DNA from: an uncultured Gemmatimonadales bacterium
GTDB taxonomy: Bacteria; Gemmatimonadota; Gemmatimonadetes; Gemmatimonadales; GWC2-71-9
DNA: 64,000 nucleotides
Direction: 5' to 3'
Assembly (NCBI GenBank): GCA_963771275.1
Contig: CAVYSW010000003.1
Location: 1,024,001 to 1,088,000, forward strand
The stretch's first letter is position 1. Each line of letters opens with the position of its first letter. The notes below the pieces were generated by a model. It saw only the letters and a list, made by a program, of their open reading frames with translations, was not told the origin of the DNA and ran no database searches. Positions 48,515-58,896 of the stretch are shown in pieces. The translations under genes and the position numbers were made by a program.

Positions 48515-51102
48515 CCCGGAAGTCGCCGGGGGCGCCCGACACGCCCTTGATGCAACAGTACCGCGACATCAAGAACCGCCATGCGGACGCCATTCTGTTC
48601 TTCCGGATGGGCGATTTCTACGAGATGTTCTACGACGACGCGCGCCTGGCGGCCCGTGAGCTCGGACTCACGCTCACGGCCCGCAACAGCGGCGGCGCCG
48701 CCGACGTGCCGCTTGCCGGCGTGCCGGTCAAGGCCGCGACCGAGTATCTGCGGCGTCTCGTCGGCCTGGGCTACCGCGTCGCGATCTGCGAGCAGGTGGA
48801 GGATCCCCGGACCGCCAAGGGCGTGGTCCGGCGCGAGGTCGTCGAAACGGTGACGCCGGGGGCGATCCTCGCAGACGATCTGCTCGACGGCGTCGGGAAC
48901 AACTTCCTGATGGCCCTCGCCCCGGGAGTTCCGGTCGGCATCGCGGCGATCGACCTGTCGACCGGCGAGTTCGCGCTGGAGACCGTGGCGCCCGTCGACC
49001 TGGCCGGGGCGGTCGCGCGCTACGCGCCGCGGGAGCTGGTCGTTCCGGCGGGGGCGCCGTCCGCCGACCTGCCGTCCCCGGCGATGCGCACCACCCGTGA
49101 GGACTGGGAGTTCGACGCCGCGCTCGGCTGCGATGAGATCACCAAGCGGTTCGGGCTGGCGGGCCTCACCGGCCTCGACATCGGCGACCCCGACCGCCCC
49201 GCCCTGGCCGCGGCGGCGGCGCTGTTGCACTACCTGCGCGAGCTGCAGCCCGGCGGGGTTCCGCATCTCGCGCACCCGGTGGTGCGGCGCGCCGGGCGGA
49301 CCATGGTGCTCGACGAGATGACGCGTCGCAATCTCGAGCTCACCGAGACGATGCGGCCCGGCGAGCGGGGCACCACGCTGCTGTCCGTCCTCGATCGCAC
49401 GGTCACGCCGATGGGGACCCGCCTGATCCGCCAGTGGCTGCTCGCGCCGCTGCGCGATGCCGCGGCGATCCGGGCCCGGCATGACGCCGTCGAGGTCCTC
49501 GCACGCGACGGGCGGGGCCGCGACCGCCTGCGCGACGCGCTCGACGGCGTGCGCGACATCGAGCGACTCGCCGGTCGCGCCGCGGCGCGGCGGGCAACGC
49601 CGCGTGACCTCGGCGGGCTGCGCGACTCGCTGCAGCGCCTGCCCGACGTGCTGAGCGCGCTCCACGGACTGCCCGGACGCGAGGGCAGCGCGGAGCTCGA
49701 GCGCATCGCCCGCGCGTTCGACCTGCTCACCGAGTGTGCGGAGCCCCTCGCGCGATCGCTCGCGGAGCGGCCGCCGGCGACACTCGGCGACGGCGAGACG
49801 ATCCGGAGCGGCGTGGACCCGGCGCTGGACGAGCAGCGCGACCTGCGCGACGGCGGCAAGCGGTTCATCGCCAGCCTGCAGGCGCGCGAGCGCGAGCGCA
49901 CCGGCATCACGTCGCTCAAGGTCGGCTACAACCGCGTGTTCGGCTACTACCTCGAGGTCTCCAAGGCGAACCGTCACACCGTCCCGGCGGATTACGAGCG
50001 CCGCCAGACGCTGACCGGAGCCGAACGCTACGTCACGCCCGAGCTCAAGGAGTACGAAGCCCGGGTGCTCGGCGCGGAAGAGGCGGCGCTCCTCCGCGAG
50101 GGCGCGTTGTTCGACGTCCTGTGCGACGGGATTCGGGAGCAGCTCGCGCGGATGCAGAGCGTCGCCCGCATCCTCGCCGAGCTCGACGTGTACGGCGCCT
50201 TCGCGGACGCCGCGACGCGGGAGGACTACGTCCGGCCGCAGATGGCCGACGAGCCCGTGCTCGATCTGCGCGCGTCGCGCCACCCGGTGGTGGAGCAGCG
50301 GCTGCCGCGCGGCAAGTTCATTCCCAACGACATCTACCTGGATGACGCGCAGCGCGTGATCCTCCTGACCGGCCCCAACATGGCCGGGAAGTCGACGATC
50401 CTGCGGCAGGTCGGGCTCGCGGCCATCATGGCGCAGGCGGGCTGCTTCGTGCCGGCGGCGCAGGCGACGCTCGGCGTGGTGGACCGCGTGTTCACCCGCG
50501 TCGGCGCGAGCGACAGCCTCGACCTCGGCCAGTCCACGTTCATGGTCGAGATGAGCGAGACCAGCGCGATCCTCAACGCCGCGACGCCCCGGAGCCTGGT
50601 GCTACTCGACGAGATTGGCCGCGGCACCGCGACCTACGACGGCGTCGCCATCGCCTGGGCGGTGACCGAGTACCTGCACGATCAGGTGGGCTGCAAGACG
50701 ATCTTCGCCACCCACTACCACGAGCTGACGCAGCTCACCGAAGAGCTCCAGCACGCGCGCAACTGCAACGTGGCCGTGCAGGAGTCGGGACACGACATCG
50801 TCTTCCTGTACCGGCTCGATCCCGGCGGGGCCGACCGGTCGTACGGCATCCACGTCGGGCGGCTCGCCGGACTGCCGCCCGGTGTCGTCCACCGCGCCGG
50901 CGAGATTCTCGCCATGCTGGAAGCGGGCCACCACGTCGCGGGCCGGGTGCCGCCGCCGCCCCCCGACGCGGCGCAGCTCGCGCTGTTCACCCCCGAGCAC
51001 CCCGTGCTGCGGGAGTTGCAGGCCATCGACCCCGACACCATGACCCCCCTCGAAGCCCTGTCGCGGCTCGCGGAGCTGAAGCGACGGGCGGAGGAACGCT
51101 GA
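48511..51102 (+). CDS. mutS: DNA mismatch repair protein MutS
   Basis: TPLMQQY, FRMGDFYEMF, TGPNMAGKST, STFMVEM and DEIGRGT; C-terminal clamp motif QLALF. Confidence 0.98.
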   Translation: MTRKSPGAPDTPLMQQYRDIKNRHADAILFFRMGDFYEMFYDDARLAARELGLTLTARNSGGAADVPLAGVPVKAATEYLRRLVGLGYRVAICEQVEDPRTAKGVVRREVVETVTPGAILADDLLDGVGNNFLMALAPGVPVGIAAIDLSTGEFALETVAPVDLAGAVARYAPRELVVPAGAPSADLPSPAMRTTREDWEFDAALGCDEITKRFGLAGLTGLDIGDPDRPALAAAAALLHYLRELQPGGVPHLAHPVVRRAGRTMVLDEMTRRNLELTETMRPGERGTTLLSVLDRTVTPMGTRLIRQWLLAPLRDAAAIRARHDAVEVLARDGRGRDRLRDALDGVRDIERLAGRAAARRATPRDLGGLRDSLQRLPDVLSALHGLPGREGSAELERIARAFDLLTECAEPLARSLAERPPATLGDGETIRSGVDPALDEQRDLRDGGKRFIASLQARERERTGITSLKVGYNRVFGYYLEVSKANRHTVPADYERRQTLTGAERYVTPELKEYEARVLGAEEAALLREGALFDVLCDGIREQLARMQSVARILAELDVYGAFADAATREDYVRPQMADEPVLDLRASRHPVVEQRLPRGKFIPNDIYLDDAQRVILLTGPNMAGKSTILRQVGLAAIMAQAGCFVPAAQATLGVVDRVFTRVGASDSLDLGQSTFMVEMSETSAILNAATPRSLVLLDEIGRGTATYDGVAIAWAVTEYLHDQVGCKTIFATHYHELTQLTEELQHARNCNVAVQESGHDIVFLYRLDPGGADRSYGIHVGRLAGLPPGVVHRAGEILAMLEAGHHVAGRVPPPPPDAAQLALFTPEHPVLRELQAIDPDTMTPLEALSRLAELKRRAEER

Positions 51103-52898
51103 TGCGGCGCACTGCTACGCTCATCACCCTGGCCCTCACTGCCGCCGCGTGCGGGCGAGCGAGCCGGGACGCGGACGCGGCGAGCCCCGCCGCAACCTCC
51201 CGCGGGTTCGAGCCGCCCGTCATCACGAATCCCGAGTCGCCCGTCCGCTACCCGCCGGCGCTGTACGAGCAGCGGGTCGAGGGGACCGTGGTGCTGCGGT
51301 TGTACGTGGACGAGGCGGGCGCGGTGGACTCCGACTCGACCCGCATTGCCGAGGGCAGCGGTCACGCGTTGCTCGATTCCGCCGCCCTCGCGGGCGTCCC
51401 GGCGATGCGCTTCGCCCCCGCGCGGCTGGACGGCGTGCCCGTGGCCGCGGCCTTTCTCCAGCCGATCCAGTTCCGACACCCCGAGGCCAGCGGCCCGGGG
51501 GGGACCGCTGACATGCCCGCGCACCCTCGCCCCTACGACAACGTCCTCGAGACGATCGGGTGGACGCCGCTCATCCGCCTGCATCGCGTGACCGAAGGCC
51601 TGCGCACCCCGGTGTACGGCAAGGCCGAGTTCTTCAATCCCGGCGGCTCCGTGAAGGACCGCATCGGGATCGCGATCATCGAGGACGCCGAGCGCCGCGG
51701 CGCACTCAAGCCCGGCGGCGTGATCGTGGAGGGCACGTCGGGCAACACCGGCGTCGGCCTCGCGATCGCCGCGGCCATCCGGGGGTATCGCTGCATCTTC
51801 ACGCTGCCGGACAAGATGTCGAGCGAGAAGGTCCGCCTGCTCAAGGCCTTCGGGGCGGAGGTGATCATCACACCGACCGCGGTACCGCCGGATCACCCCG
51901 ACAACTACGTCATGAAGGCAAAGGCGATCGTGCAGCAGACGCCCGGTGCGGTCCTGGCCAACCAGTTCTACAACCAGGTGAATCCGGACACGCACTACCG
52001 CACGACGGGCCCGGAGCTGTGGGAGCAGACCGAGGGTCGGATCACCCACTTCGTCGCCGCTCCCGGCACCGGGGGCACCCTGAGCGGCGTCGGCCGGTTC
52101 CTCAAGGAGAGGAACCCCAAGATCCGCATCATCTCCGGCGATCCCGACGGCTCGATCTTCGCCGAGTACGCGCGGACCGGGAAGGTGGGCGAGGCCCACC
52201 CCTACAAAGTGGAAGGCATCGGGAACGACAAGATTCCCGGGACCTTGCACTTCCAGTACATCGACGAGTTTCACACCGTGACCGACGCCGAGGCATTCCA
52301 TATGACGCGGCGGCTGGTCCGGGAGGAGGGACTGTTCGTCGGCGGCTCGACCGGCCTCAACGTGACCGTCGCGCTGCGGGTCGCGCGCCAGGTGGACGAC
52401 CCGGCGGCCTGTGTCGTCGTGCTGCTGTGCGACACCGGGGAGCGCTACCTGTCCAAGGTGTTCAACGACGAGTGGCTGCAGGAGCACCAGCTGCTCTCGG
52501 CGCCACGCGTGACCGCGCGGACGCTGCTCGCCGGGAAGCCCGCCGGGGCGCCGCCGTTCGTCACCGTCGAGGCGGCGCAGACCGCCCGCCAGGCGCTCAA
52601 CCTGATGTCGACGTACAATGTGTCACAGCTCCCGGTGATGACCGGCGCCGAGTGCGCCGGAGCCGTCACCGAGGCTACGCTGATGGCCCGCGCGATCGGC
52701 GACCCCTCGTCGCTCGAGCGCCCGGTCCGGGATCAGATGGAAGGCCCCTACCCCGTCGTGGAGGCGGACGTGCCGCTCGAGCGCTTCAGCGCCCTGCTCT
52801 CCCGCGAGACGCCGGCGGTGCTCGTCCGGGCCGACGGCGCGTTCGTGGGGATCGTGACCCGCCACGACGTGTTGCATCACATGCAAGGGTTGCGATGA
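51102..52898 (+). CDS. TonB C-terminal-domain lipoprotein in frame with cystathionine beta-synthase (CBS catalytic + CBS pair); CBS probably starts at ATG 51513
   Basis: aa 1-137: lipobox AAAC and YP..A....VEGTV.L TonB_C. From M138: NPGGSVKDRI (PLP Lys), TSGNTG, GTGGT, YKVEGIG and a C-terminal CBS pair. Confidence 0.9.
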   Translation: MRRTATLITLALTAAACGRASRDADAASPAATSRGFEPPVITNPESPVRYPPALYEQRVEGTVVLRLYVDEAGAVDSDSTRIAEGSGHALLDSAALAGVPAMRFAPARLDGVPVAAAFLQPIQFRHPEASGPGGTADMPAHPRPYDNVLETIGWTPLIRLHRVTEGLRTPVYGKAEFFNPGGSVKDRIGIAIIEDAERRGALKPGGVIVEGTSGNTGVGLAIAAAIRGYRCIFTLPDKMSSEKVRLLKAFGAEVIITPTAVPPDHPDNYVMKAKAIVQQTPGAVLANQFYNQVNPDTHYRTTGPELWEQTEGRITHFVAAPGTGGTLSGVGRFLKERNPKIRIISGDPDGSIFAEYARTGKVGEAHPYKVEGIGNDKIPGTLHFQYIDEFHTVTDAEAFHMTRRLVREEGLFVGGSTGLNVTVALRVARQVDDPAACVVVLLCDTGERYLSKVFNDEWLQEHQLLSAPRVTARTLLAGKPAGAPPFVTVEAAQTARQALNLMSTYNVSQLPVMTGAECAGAVTEATLMARAIGDPSSLERPVRDQMEGPYPVVEADVPLERFSALLSRETPAVLVRADGAFVGIVTRHDVLHHMQGLR

Positions 52899-53278
52899 GC
52901 ACGTTCCTGCTCTCGACCGAGGCGACCTTCTCGGCGGCGCACACCCTCCCGGGCGTGGACATGTGCGCGCGGATGCACGGGCACAACTGGCGCGCGCGGG
53001 TGACCGTGACCTTCGATGCGGCCCGGCTCGACGGGCACGGGATGGGCGTGGATTTCCGCGTGCTGGAACAGATGACGCGGGATGCCGTGGCGGATTTCGA
53101 GCACCGCTACCTGAACGATCTGGCGCCCTTCGCTGAGTGCGCGCCGACGGCGGAGTCGATCGCCCGTGTCGTGGCGGAGCGGGTGGACACCCGACTGGGC
53201 GGCCACTCCTCGGGTGCGCGCGTCCTCGAAGTGGAGCTGTGGGAAATGCCTCAGTACCGCGTGGTGTACCGCCCATGA
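52895..53278 (+). CDS. queD: 6-carboxy-5,6,7,8-tetrahydropterin synthase
   Basis: FSAAH, C.RMHGHNW, DF..L, H.YLND, PTAE and LWE motifs. Confidence 0.9.
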   Translation: MSTFLLSTEATFSAAHTLPGVDMCARMHGHNWRARVTVTFDAARLDGHGMGVDFRVLEQMTRDAVADFEHRYLNDLAPFAECAPTAESIARVVAERVDTRLGGHSSGARVLEVELWEMPQYRVVYRP

Positions 53279-54303
53279 CGCGCGTCGCCGTTCTGACCGG
53301 GGGCTCAACCCCGGAGCGCGACGTCGCCTTTGCCGGAGCCGCGCAAGTCGTCGCGGTTTTGCGGGACCTGGGGTACGCGGTCACCGTGGTGGATACGACC
53401 GCAGGGGAACTCGACGGCGCCGCCGAGGCTCGCTGCCTCCGACCCGCGGTCGGCACGTCACCACCCGATCGGGACGAGCTGGCACGGCTCCGCGCGAACG
53501 AGCTGGGGTCTGCGCTGGTAGCGCTGCCGGCGGTGCGGGACGCCGATCTCGTCTTCCCGGTGCTCCATGGCCGGCAGGGCGAAGGCGGCGAGCTGCAGGC
53601 CCTGCTCGAGCTCGCCGGCGTGCCGTACGCCGGCAGTGGCCCCCTCGCAAGCGGCATGGCCCTGGACAAGGACATCGCCAAGCGGCTGTTCCGCGGGGCC
53701 GGGATCCCGACGCCGGACTGGTTGATGTGGCCGGCCGACCCGCATAGCGTCGCCGCCCTTGGCATGCCGCTCGTCGTCAAGCCGTCCAAGGTGGGCTCCA
53801 CCGTGGGGCTCACCGTGGTCGAGCGCACGGACGCGCTTCCGGCCGCGGTCGTTGAGGCGCAGAGCTATGATGACGAGGTGATGCTGGAACGGTTCGTGGC
53901 AGGCCGGGAGTACACCGTGGGGATCCTGGGCGACCGGGCGCTCGCGGTGGGCGAGATCATCCCCCAGCACGACGTGTTCGACTACGAGTGCAAGTACACC
54001 CCCGGGATGACGCGGGAGATCTTCCCCGCAGAGATCCCGAAGGCGCTCGAGACCCAGCTGCGCGACCTCTCGCTCGTGGCGCACAACGCGCTCAAGCTGC
54101 GGGATTTCTCCCGGGCCGACTTCCGCGTGACCCCGGCCGGCGAGCCGTACTGTCTCGAGGTCAATACCCTCCCGGGACTCACGCGGACGAGTCTCCTGCC
54201 GCAATCCGCCGCCGCCATGGGGATCGATTTCCCCACCCTGTGCGACACGGTCTGTCGCCGGGCCCTAGCGCGCGCGGCCGGCGGGAACAAACTTGTGTCC
54301 TGA
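53275..54303 (+). CDS. ddl: D-alanine--D-alanine ligase
   Basis: GG.TPER.V, LHGRQGEGG, VKP..VGST, FDYECKY and LEVNTLPG. Confidence 0.93.
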   Translation: MTRVAVLTGGSTPERDVAFAGAAQVVAVLRDLGYAVTVVDTTAGELDGAAEARCLRPAVGTSPPDRDELARLRANELGSALVALPAVRDADLVFPVLHGRQGEGGELQALLELAGVPYAGSGPLASGMALDKDIAKRLFRGAGIPTPDWLMWPADPHSVAALGMPLVVKPSKVGSTVGLTVVERTDALPAAVVEAQSYDDEVMLERFVAGREYTVGILGDRALAVGEIIPQHDVFDYECKYTPGMTREIFPAEIPKALETQLRDLSLVAHNALKLRDFSRADFRVTPAGEPYCLEVNTLPGLTRTSLLPQSAAAMGIDFPTLCDTVCRRALARAAGGNKLVS

Positions 54304-54331
54304 GGCAGTACAGTAGGGTGAGCCAAGGGAC

Positions 54332-55168
54332 ATGATGCCCGCCACGCCATTTCACCTGACCCCCTGGGTGCGCCGTCTCGTGGCGGTGAACGTCGGCGTG
54401 TTTCTGCTCTCGGCCACCGTGTTCACCGGCCCGTGGTTCCTCCAGACCGTGGCGTTCTCGCCCGCCGCCCTCGCGGACCGACCGTGGACGCTGTTCACCT
54501 ACTCGTTCGCGCACCGCGGCTTGCTGCAACTCACCGTCACCATGCTCGTGCTGGTCATCTTCGGGCCGGCCGTGGAGCGCCGCCTGGGCGGGTGGACGTT
54601 CCTGCGTTACTACCTGTTGTGCGGCCTCGGCGGGCCGGCGCTCGCCCTGCTGCTGTCGCTCGTCACGCAGGACGGGACCCCGCTCGTCGGGGCGACCGCC
54701 CCCGTGTTCGGCGTGGCGCTGGGGTTCGCGCTCGCATGGCCGCGCACGCACGTGCAGGTGTTCCCGCTTCCGTGGCCGATCCCCGTGGGCGCGCTCGTCG
54801 GGGGTCTGGCGGTGCTCGCGCTCGCACCGGCGCTGCTCGACGCGCAAGATGGCGTCAGCCGCCTCGCGCAGCTTGGGGGCTTCGCGGTGGGCTTTGCCTA
54901 TCTCTCGATCGCGAGCCTCGTCGAGCGCCACACCCGCGAGCAGCCCGCCCCGCCGCCGGAGACGCCCGCCCTGGTCGCGCACCAGTCCGCCGCCGCCACC
55001 GCTGACATGCCACCCGCGGAGCCCACACAGGCGGGCCCGCCGCGCAGCGACGTGGCGCTGGAGATGGACCGCCTGCTCGACAAGATCTCCCAGCAGGGCC
55101 TCACGAGTCTCACCGCCGCTGAGCGCCGGTTCCTCGACGAGATGAGCCGGCTGATGCGCCGGCACTAG
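54332..55168 (+). CDS. Rhomboid-family membrane protein (catalytic residues degenerate) with C-terminal DUF6576-like helices
   Basis: PWTLFTY.F.H and FG..VERRLG...FLRYY; GATA in place of GASG; AQLGG in place of AHLGG; '[17 protein letters not shown]'. Confidence 0.82.
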   Translation: MMPATPFHLTPWVRRLVAVNVGVFLLSATVFTGPWFLQTVAFSPAALADRPWTLFTYSFAHRGLLQLTVTMLVLVIFGPAVERRLGGWTFLRYYLLCGLGGPALALLLSLVTQDGTPLVGATAPVFGVALGFALAWPRTHVQVFPLPWPIPVGALVGGLAVLALAPALLDAQDGVSRLAQLGGFAVGFAYLSIASLVERHTREQPAPPPETPALVAHQSAAATADMPPAEPTQAGPPRSDVALEMDRLLDKISQQGLTSLTAAERRFLDEMSRLMRRH

Positions 55169-55172
55169 GCCG

Positions 55173-55673
55173 GTGGCCCCCCGCATCCGCGTGCGACAGG
55201 GTGACATCACCACGTTCGAGGGTGACGCGATCGTCAACGCCGCCAACGTCGACCTCAAGCTCGGGGTCGGGGTGGCCGGTGCCATCCGGCAGGCCGGTGG
55301 CCCCTCCATCCAGGCGGAGTGCGACCGCCACGGGCCGATCTCCCTGGGCGACGCGGCGGTGACCGGAGCGGGGAAGCTGCAGGCACGCTATGTGATCCAC
55401 GCGGCGATCATGGCCAACGAGAGCGAGCCGGTCACGCCCGACGTCGTCCGCCGCTGCACCGAGGCCGCACTCCGGGTGGCGGCGGAGCGGGGCGTCACGC
55501 GGCTCGGCGCGCCGATTCTGGGCTCGGGGGTCGGGCGCCTCCCGCTGCCCGAAGCGGCGCGCGTCATGCTCGACGCGATCGCGGCCTCGCCGCACGCGGA
55601 TGCACTGGATGTCATCGTGCTGTTCGGGTATCGGACGGAAGACGCCGAGACCCTCGAGGCGCTCGTGGGGTAG
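55173..55673 (+). CDS. Macro domain protein (ADP-ribose binding/hydrolase)
   Basis: GDIT...[22 protein letters not shown] and P.LGSGVG. Confidence 0.93.
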   Translation: MAPRIRVRQGDITTFEGDAIVNAANVDLKLGVGVAGAIRQAGGPSIQAECDRHGPISLGDAAVTGAGKLQARYVIHAAIMANESEPVTPDVVRRCTEAALRVAAERGVTRLGAPILGSGVGRLPLPEAARVMLDAIAASPHADALDVIVLFGYRTEDAETLEALVG

Positions 55674-57661
55674 CGGCGCTCGCACTCGTTGCCACGCTGG
55701 GCCTGGCGCGCCCCGATTCCTCGATGCTCGCGCAGGCGGAGTCCCTCGTCGTCCACGGTCGACTCGCCGAGGCCCGCGCGATGCTCGAGCGCGCAGTGCG
55801 GCGGGATCCGACCGATGCCGCCGCGCTCATCCTGTTGGGCCGCGTGCACCTCGCCTGGCCCACGGTGGGACGGTTTCGGGCCTGGCGGCTGTTCGAGGAG
55901 GCCGCTCACCTGGACCCCACGAATCCGGAGCCCCGCTATCAGCAGGTTCAGGTCGGACTCGCGCTGGGCAGCGCGGACGGTGAGCGTTTGGCGCGCGACG
56001 CCATCTTCAAGATCCTCCAGATCGTCCCCGACTACGCCGACATCTGGCGCGTGTGGCGCCGGCTGTACGAAGGTGACGGGCACCGCCGCCGAGCCCTCCG
56101 CCTCCTGGCGCGGTTCGACGACCCGGCGAGCACCGTGCGCCGGGCCGATCTCCTGCTCGCCATGGAGGACTACCAGGCGGCCGACAGCCTGCTCGCCGCC
56201 GCAGCCCGGCGTCACCCCGACGACCCCGCAGTGCTGGCCCTCCGCGCGGAGGTCGCCTTCGAAACCGGCCGCGCGGCCGACGGCGAGTCGTACTACTGGG
56301 CGGCGGTGCAGCGGTCTGCCGCCGACAGCGCGGACCGCCTCTGGCGGCAGATCGAGGCGATCGCGAGCCCGGAGGAGGAGGGTTCCTATTGGGTCACGCC
56401 GGTGGACGAGCGCCCCCAGTATTTCCGCCGTTTCTGGGCGCGGCGTGAGCCGGACCTCACCACGCCGCTGAACGAGCGGCTGGCCGAACATTTCCAGCGG
56501 TTGCGACGCGCGCGCCGGGATTATGCCCTGGGGCAGCCGCTCAGCACCTTCCATCGGTCACCACTCTGGCGCGCGCTCCAGAGCGGATGGACGGCGGACA
56601 TCCTCCAGCGACTCGGCGACTTCACGTCGGCCAGCGGCGTCATCCCCGGACATTCAGCCCTCGAGGACGACCTGACTCGCGCCGGCCTGGGTGTGGACCT
56701 CCGCGACCTGCCCGAGCCCGACAGCGTCTCGCGGTACGCCCGGCTCGGGTTCGACGGGCGGGGCTTGATGTATCTGCGGTTCGGCGAGCCGCAGACCCGC
56801 CTGATCTCGGTCGGTCCCGGCATCGACGTCGAGGCGTGGCGTTACGTCGTGGACGGCCGCGCGGTCTCGCTCGTGTTCGCGCGAGCGACCGCAGGAGGCG
56901 GCAGCAACCCCGGCGGGGACTTCGTGCTGTACCCGACCAGCGCGCGCGAGCTGCACAACAGCGCCGTACTGCTCGAGCGGGACGCGCCCACGCGCGTGCC
57001 GCCATTGCCGCTCGCCACCTGGGTCGCGTTTTTCCGGGCCGCCGACTCCGCCGCCGCCAACGACGGATGCCACGACGTCGTGATCCGCACCAGCGGTGAT
57101 GCCGCCGCGGTGGCCGTGTGGGATCTCGGAGATCTGGAGATCGTCCGGTCGGTGGGGGTGGGTCCCCTCACGCTGCGCGTGCGCGACGGCGTGTACCGGT
57201 TCGGCGCCGACGCACACGTGGGGGACCGCCTGGGGAGCGTGCGCGGTCCGCTGGTCGTCCCCCCGCTCGGGCCGGGCTGGCTCTCCGTCTCGAGCCTGCT
57301 CGTCGCGGTGGTCGGCGACTCCGCGCCGGACCGCATGACCATGGCACGCGCGATGCCCGCGAGCCTGGCCATCGAGCGGCACGGCAGGCCGGTGACCCTG
57401 TACGCCGAGCTCTACGATCTGCCGGACCGACGCGGGACCGCGGAATACGACGTGGTCTACACGTTCGAGCCGGTCGGCCGCGGCGCGCGCGTGAGCTTCT
57501 CGTTCAGTCGCACCGTGCTGGCGACGACGACCGTGTTCGAGCGCCTGATCGTCCAGCCCGGCCAGGTGCCTCCGGGCCGCTACCGCGTGACGCTCGCGGT
57601 GCGCGATCGCCTTCTCGGCCTGCGCACCGGTGCCGTGTCGCTCGACGTGACGCTGCGCTGA
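55670..57661 (+). CDS. TPR + GWxTD-domain-like exported protein (start uncertain)
   Basis: N-terminal TPRs; '[21 protein letters not shown]' and '[15 protein letters not shown]'; C-terminal Ig-like '[12 protein letters not shown]'. Confidence 0.7.
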   Translation, partial: VAALALVATLGLARPDSSMLAQAESLVVHGRLAEARAMLERAVRRDPTDAAALILLGRVHLAWPTVGRFRAWRLFEEAAHLDPTNPEPRYQQVQVGLALGSADGERLARDAIFKILQIVPDYADIWRVWRRLYEGDGHRRRALRLLARFDDPASTVRRADLLLAMEDYQAADSLLAAAARRHPDDPAVLALRAEVAFETGRAADGESYYWAAVQRSAADSADRLWRQIEAIASPEEEGSYWVTPVDERPQYFRRFWARREPDLTTPLNERLAEHFQRLRRARRDYALGQPLSTFHRSPLWRALQSGWTADILQRLGDFTSASGVIPGHSALEDDLTRAGLGVDLRDLPEPDSVSRYARLGFDGRGLMYLRFGEPQTRLISVGPGIDVEAWRYVVDGRAVSLVFARATAGGGSNPGGDFVLYPTSARELHNSAVLLERDAPTRVPPLPLATWVAFFRAADSAAANDGCHDVVIRTSGDAAAVAVWDLGDLEIVRSVGVGPLTLRVRDGVYRFGADAHVGDRLGSVRGPLVVPPLGPGWLSVSSLLVAVVGDSAPDRMTMARAMPASLAIERHGRPVTLYAELYDLPDRRGTAEYDVVYTFEPVGRGARVSFSFSRTVLATTTVFERLIVQPGQVPPGRYRVTLAVRDRLLGLRTGAVSLDVTLR

Positions 57662-57714
57662 CGTCGCGCACCCTTGCCCGCGTCCCGTCGCCGGAGCAGA
57701 TTCGGGACGCCTCC

Positions 57715-58659
57715 ATGGTGATCAACCTCATCCCCGAATTCCTCGCCGCGCTCGCGACGCGCGATCCGTTCGACGCATACCGCCGGTACCTCGACGAGCA
57801 TCGCCTGGTCCTCGGCGCCTACTGGCGCAACTACGTGCTCGACCTCGAGAGCCCGCACGCCGACGCCGTGATCCGCCGCGCTCTCGCTGCCGACCGTCGC
57901 GATCTGCGGCAGCTGATGACCGACACGGACGTCGTGGCGCTCGCCGAGGAGACCGTGCGCACGGCCGAGCAGGTGCTGGAGCTCGATCACCCGGTCGATC
58001 TCTACCTCATGGTCGGGGTGGGCGGCGCCAATGCCGGCGAGCTGGTGGTGGAAGGCCGCGGCATCGCGTTCGTCTGTCTCGAGCACTTCACCGGGCGACC
58101 GAACCCCGACACGTACGGGCTGGGGCTCCACCCGCGGCTGCTGCCGTTGTGGATCGCCCACGAGATCGCGCACACGACCCGCTACACGTCCCCGCGCAGC
58201 GCGAGCGAGCTTGCCCAGATCGTCGCCGACGCCGGAGGCTTCTACGACTATTGGGAGAGCGGCAGCCGCGCGACGTTGCGCGAACTGCTGGTGAACGAGG
58301 GCCTTGCCGTGCTGGCCGCCCGCGCCGTCGCGCCATCGTTCGCGCCGTGGGACTACCTCGGGTACAGCCGGCGGCAGTACCAGCGTCTGCGCGAGCTGGA
58401 CGCCTTCCTGCGCCGCGCCACCCGGCCGGACCTCGACGAGACCGGGCTCGGGCTGCGGCTCCGTTACCTGTCCGGCGGCATGAGCCCGGCGCAGCGCCTG
58501 GTCGCGGGCAAAGTGATTCCCGAGCGCGCGGGGTACTACCTCGGCTACCGCATGGCCGAAGCGGCGGTCGCCGAGCGCGGGATCGCCACGGCCTTGCGAC
58601 TCAGCGCGCCGAGCGTCTGTGCGATCGAGGACGCGGTCGCCGGGGCGCAGAGCGCGTGA
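57715..58659 (+). CDS. Putative Zn-dependent (gluzincin-type, DUF2268-like) protease
   Basis: HEIAH, downstream NEGLA, and C-terminal 'RAGYYLGY'. Confidence 0.7.
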   Translation: MVINLIPEFLAALATRDPFDAYRRYLDEHRLVLGAYWRNYVLDLESPHADAVIRRALAADRRDLRQLMTDTDVVALAEETVRTAEQVLELDHPVDLYLMVGVGGANAGELVVEGRGIAFVCLEHFTGRPNPDTYGLGLHPRLLPLWIAHEIAHTTRYTSPRSASELAQIVADAGGFYDYWESGSRATLRELLVNEGLAVLAARAVAPSFAPWDYLGYSRRQYQRLRELDAFLRRATRPDLDETGLGLRLRYLSGGMSPAQRLVAGKVIPERAGYYLGYRMAEAAVAERGIATALRLSAPSVCAIEDAVAGAQSA

Positions 58660-58895
58660 GCCCCACGCCCCGCAAGCGGGCGCCGGCCGCGGCCCGGCCC
58701 GTACCAGCCAGCGATCGGCGCGCCAACCTCGGGCTGCGCGAGGCGCTTGAGGAGTTGGTCCAGCACGTCCGGGTCGTGGCCCGCACGGTGGACACGATGA
58801 CCCCCCCCGAGCGCGCCTTCGCCCAGGAGCGGCTCGAGTGGCTGGCGGACGAGCTGTGGCGCATCGCCCTCGAAAGCGAGGACGCCGAGCGGTAG
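58656..58895 (+). CDS. Small hypothetical protein (79 aa)
   Basis: GTGA overlap with the upstream gene; helical 'QERLEWLADELW'. Confidence 0.6.
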   Translation: MSPTPRKRAPAAARPVPASDRRANLGLREALEELVQHVRVVARTVDTMTPPERAFAQERLEWLADELWRIALESEDAER

Positions 58896-58896
58896 G

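Noticed and set aside
53275..54303. VanA-type D-Ala-D-Lac ligase
   Set aside because: The omega loop retains the KY motif (FDYECKY) of D-Ala-D-Ala ligases, and there are no vanH/vanX neighbours.
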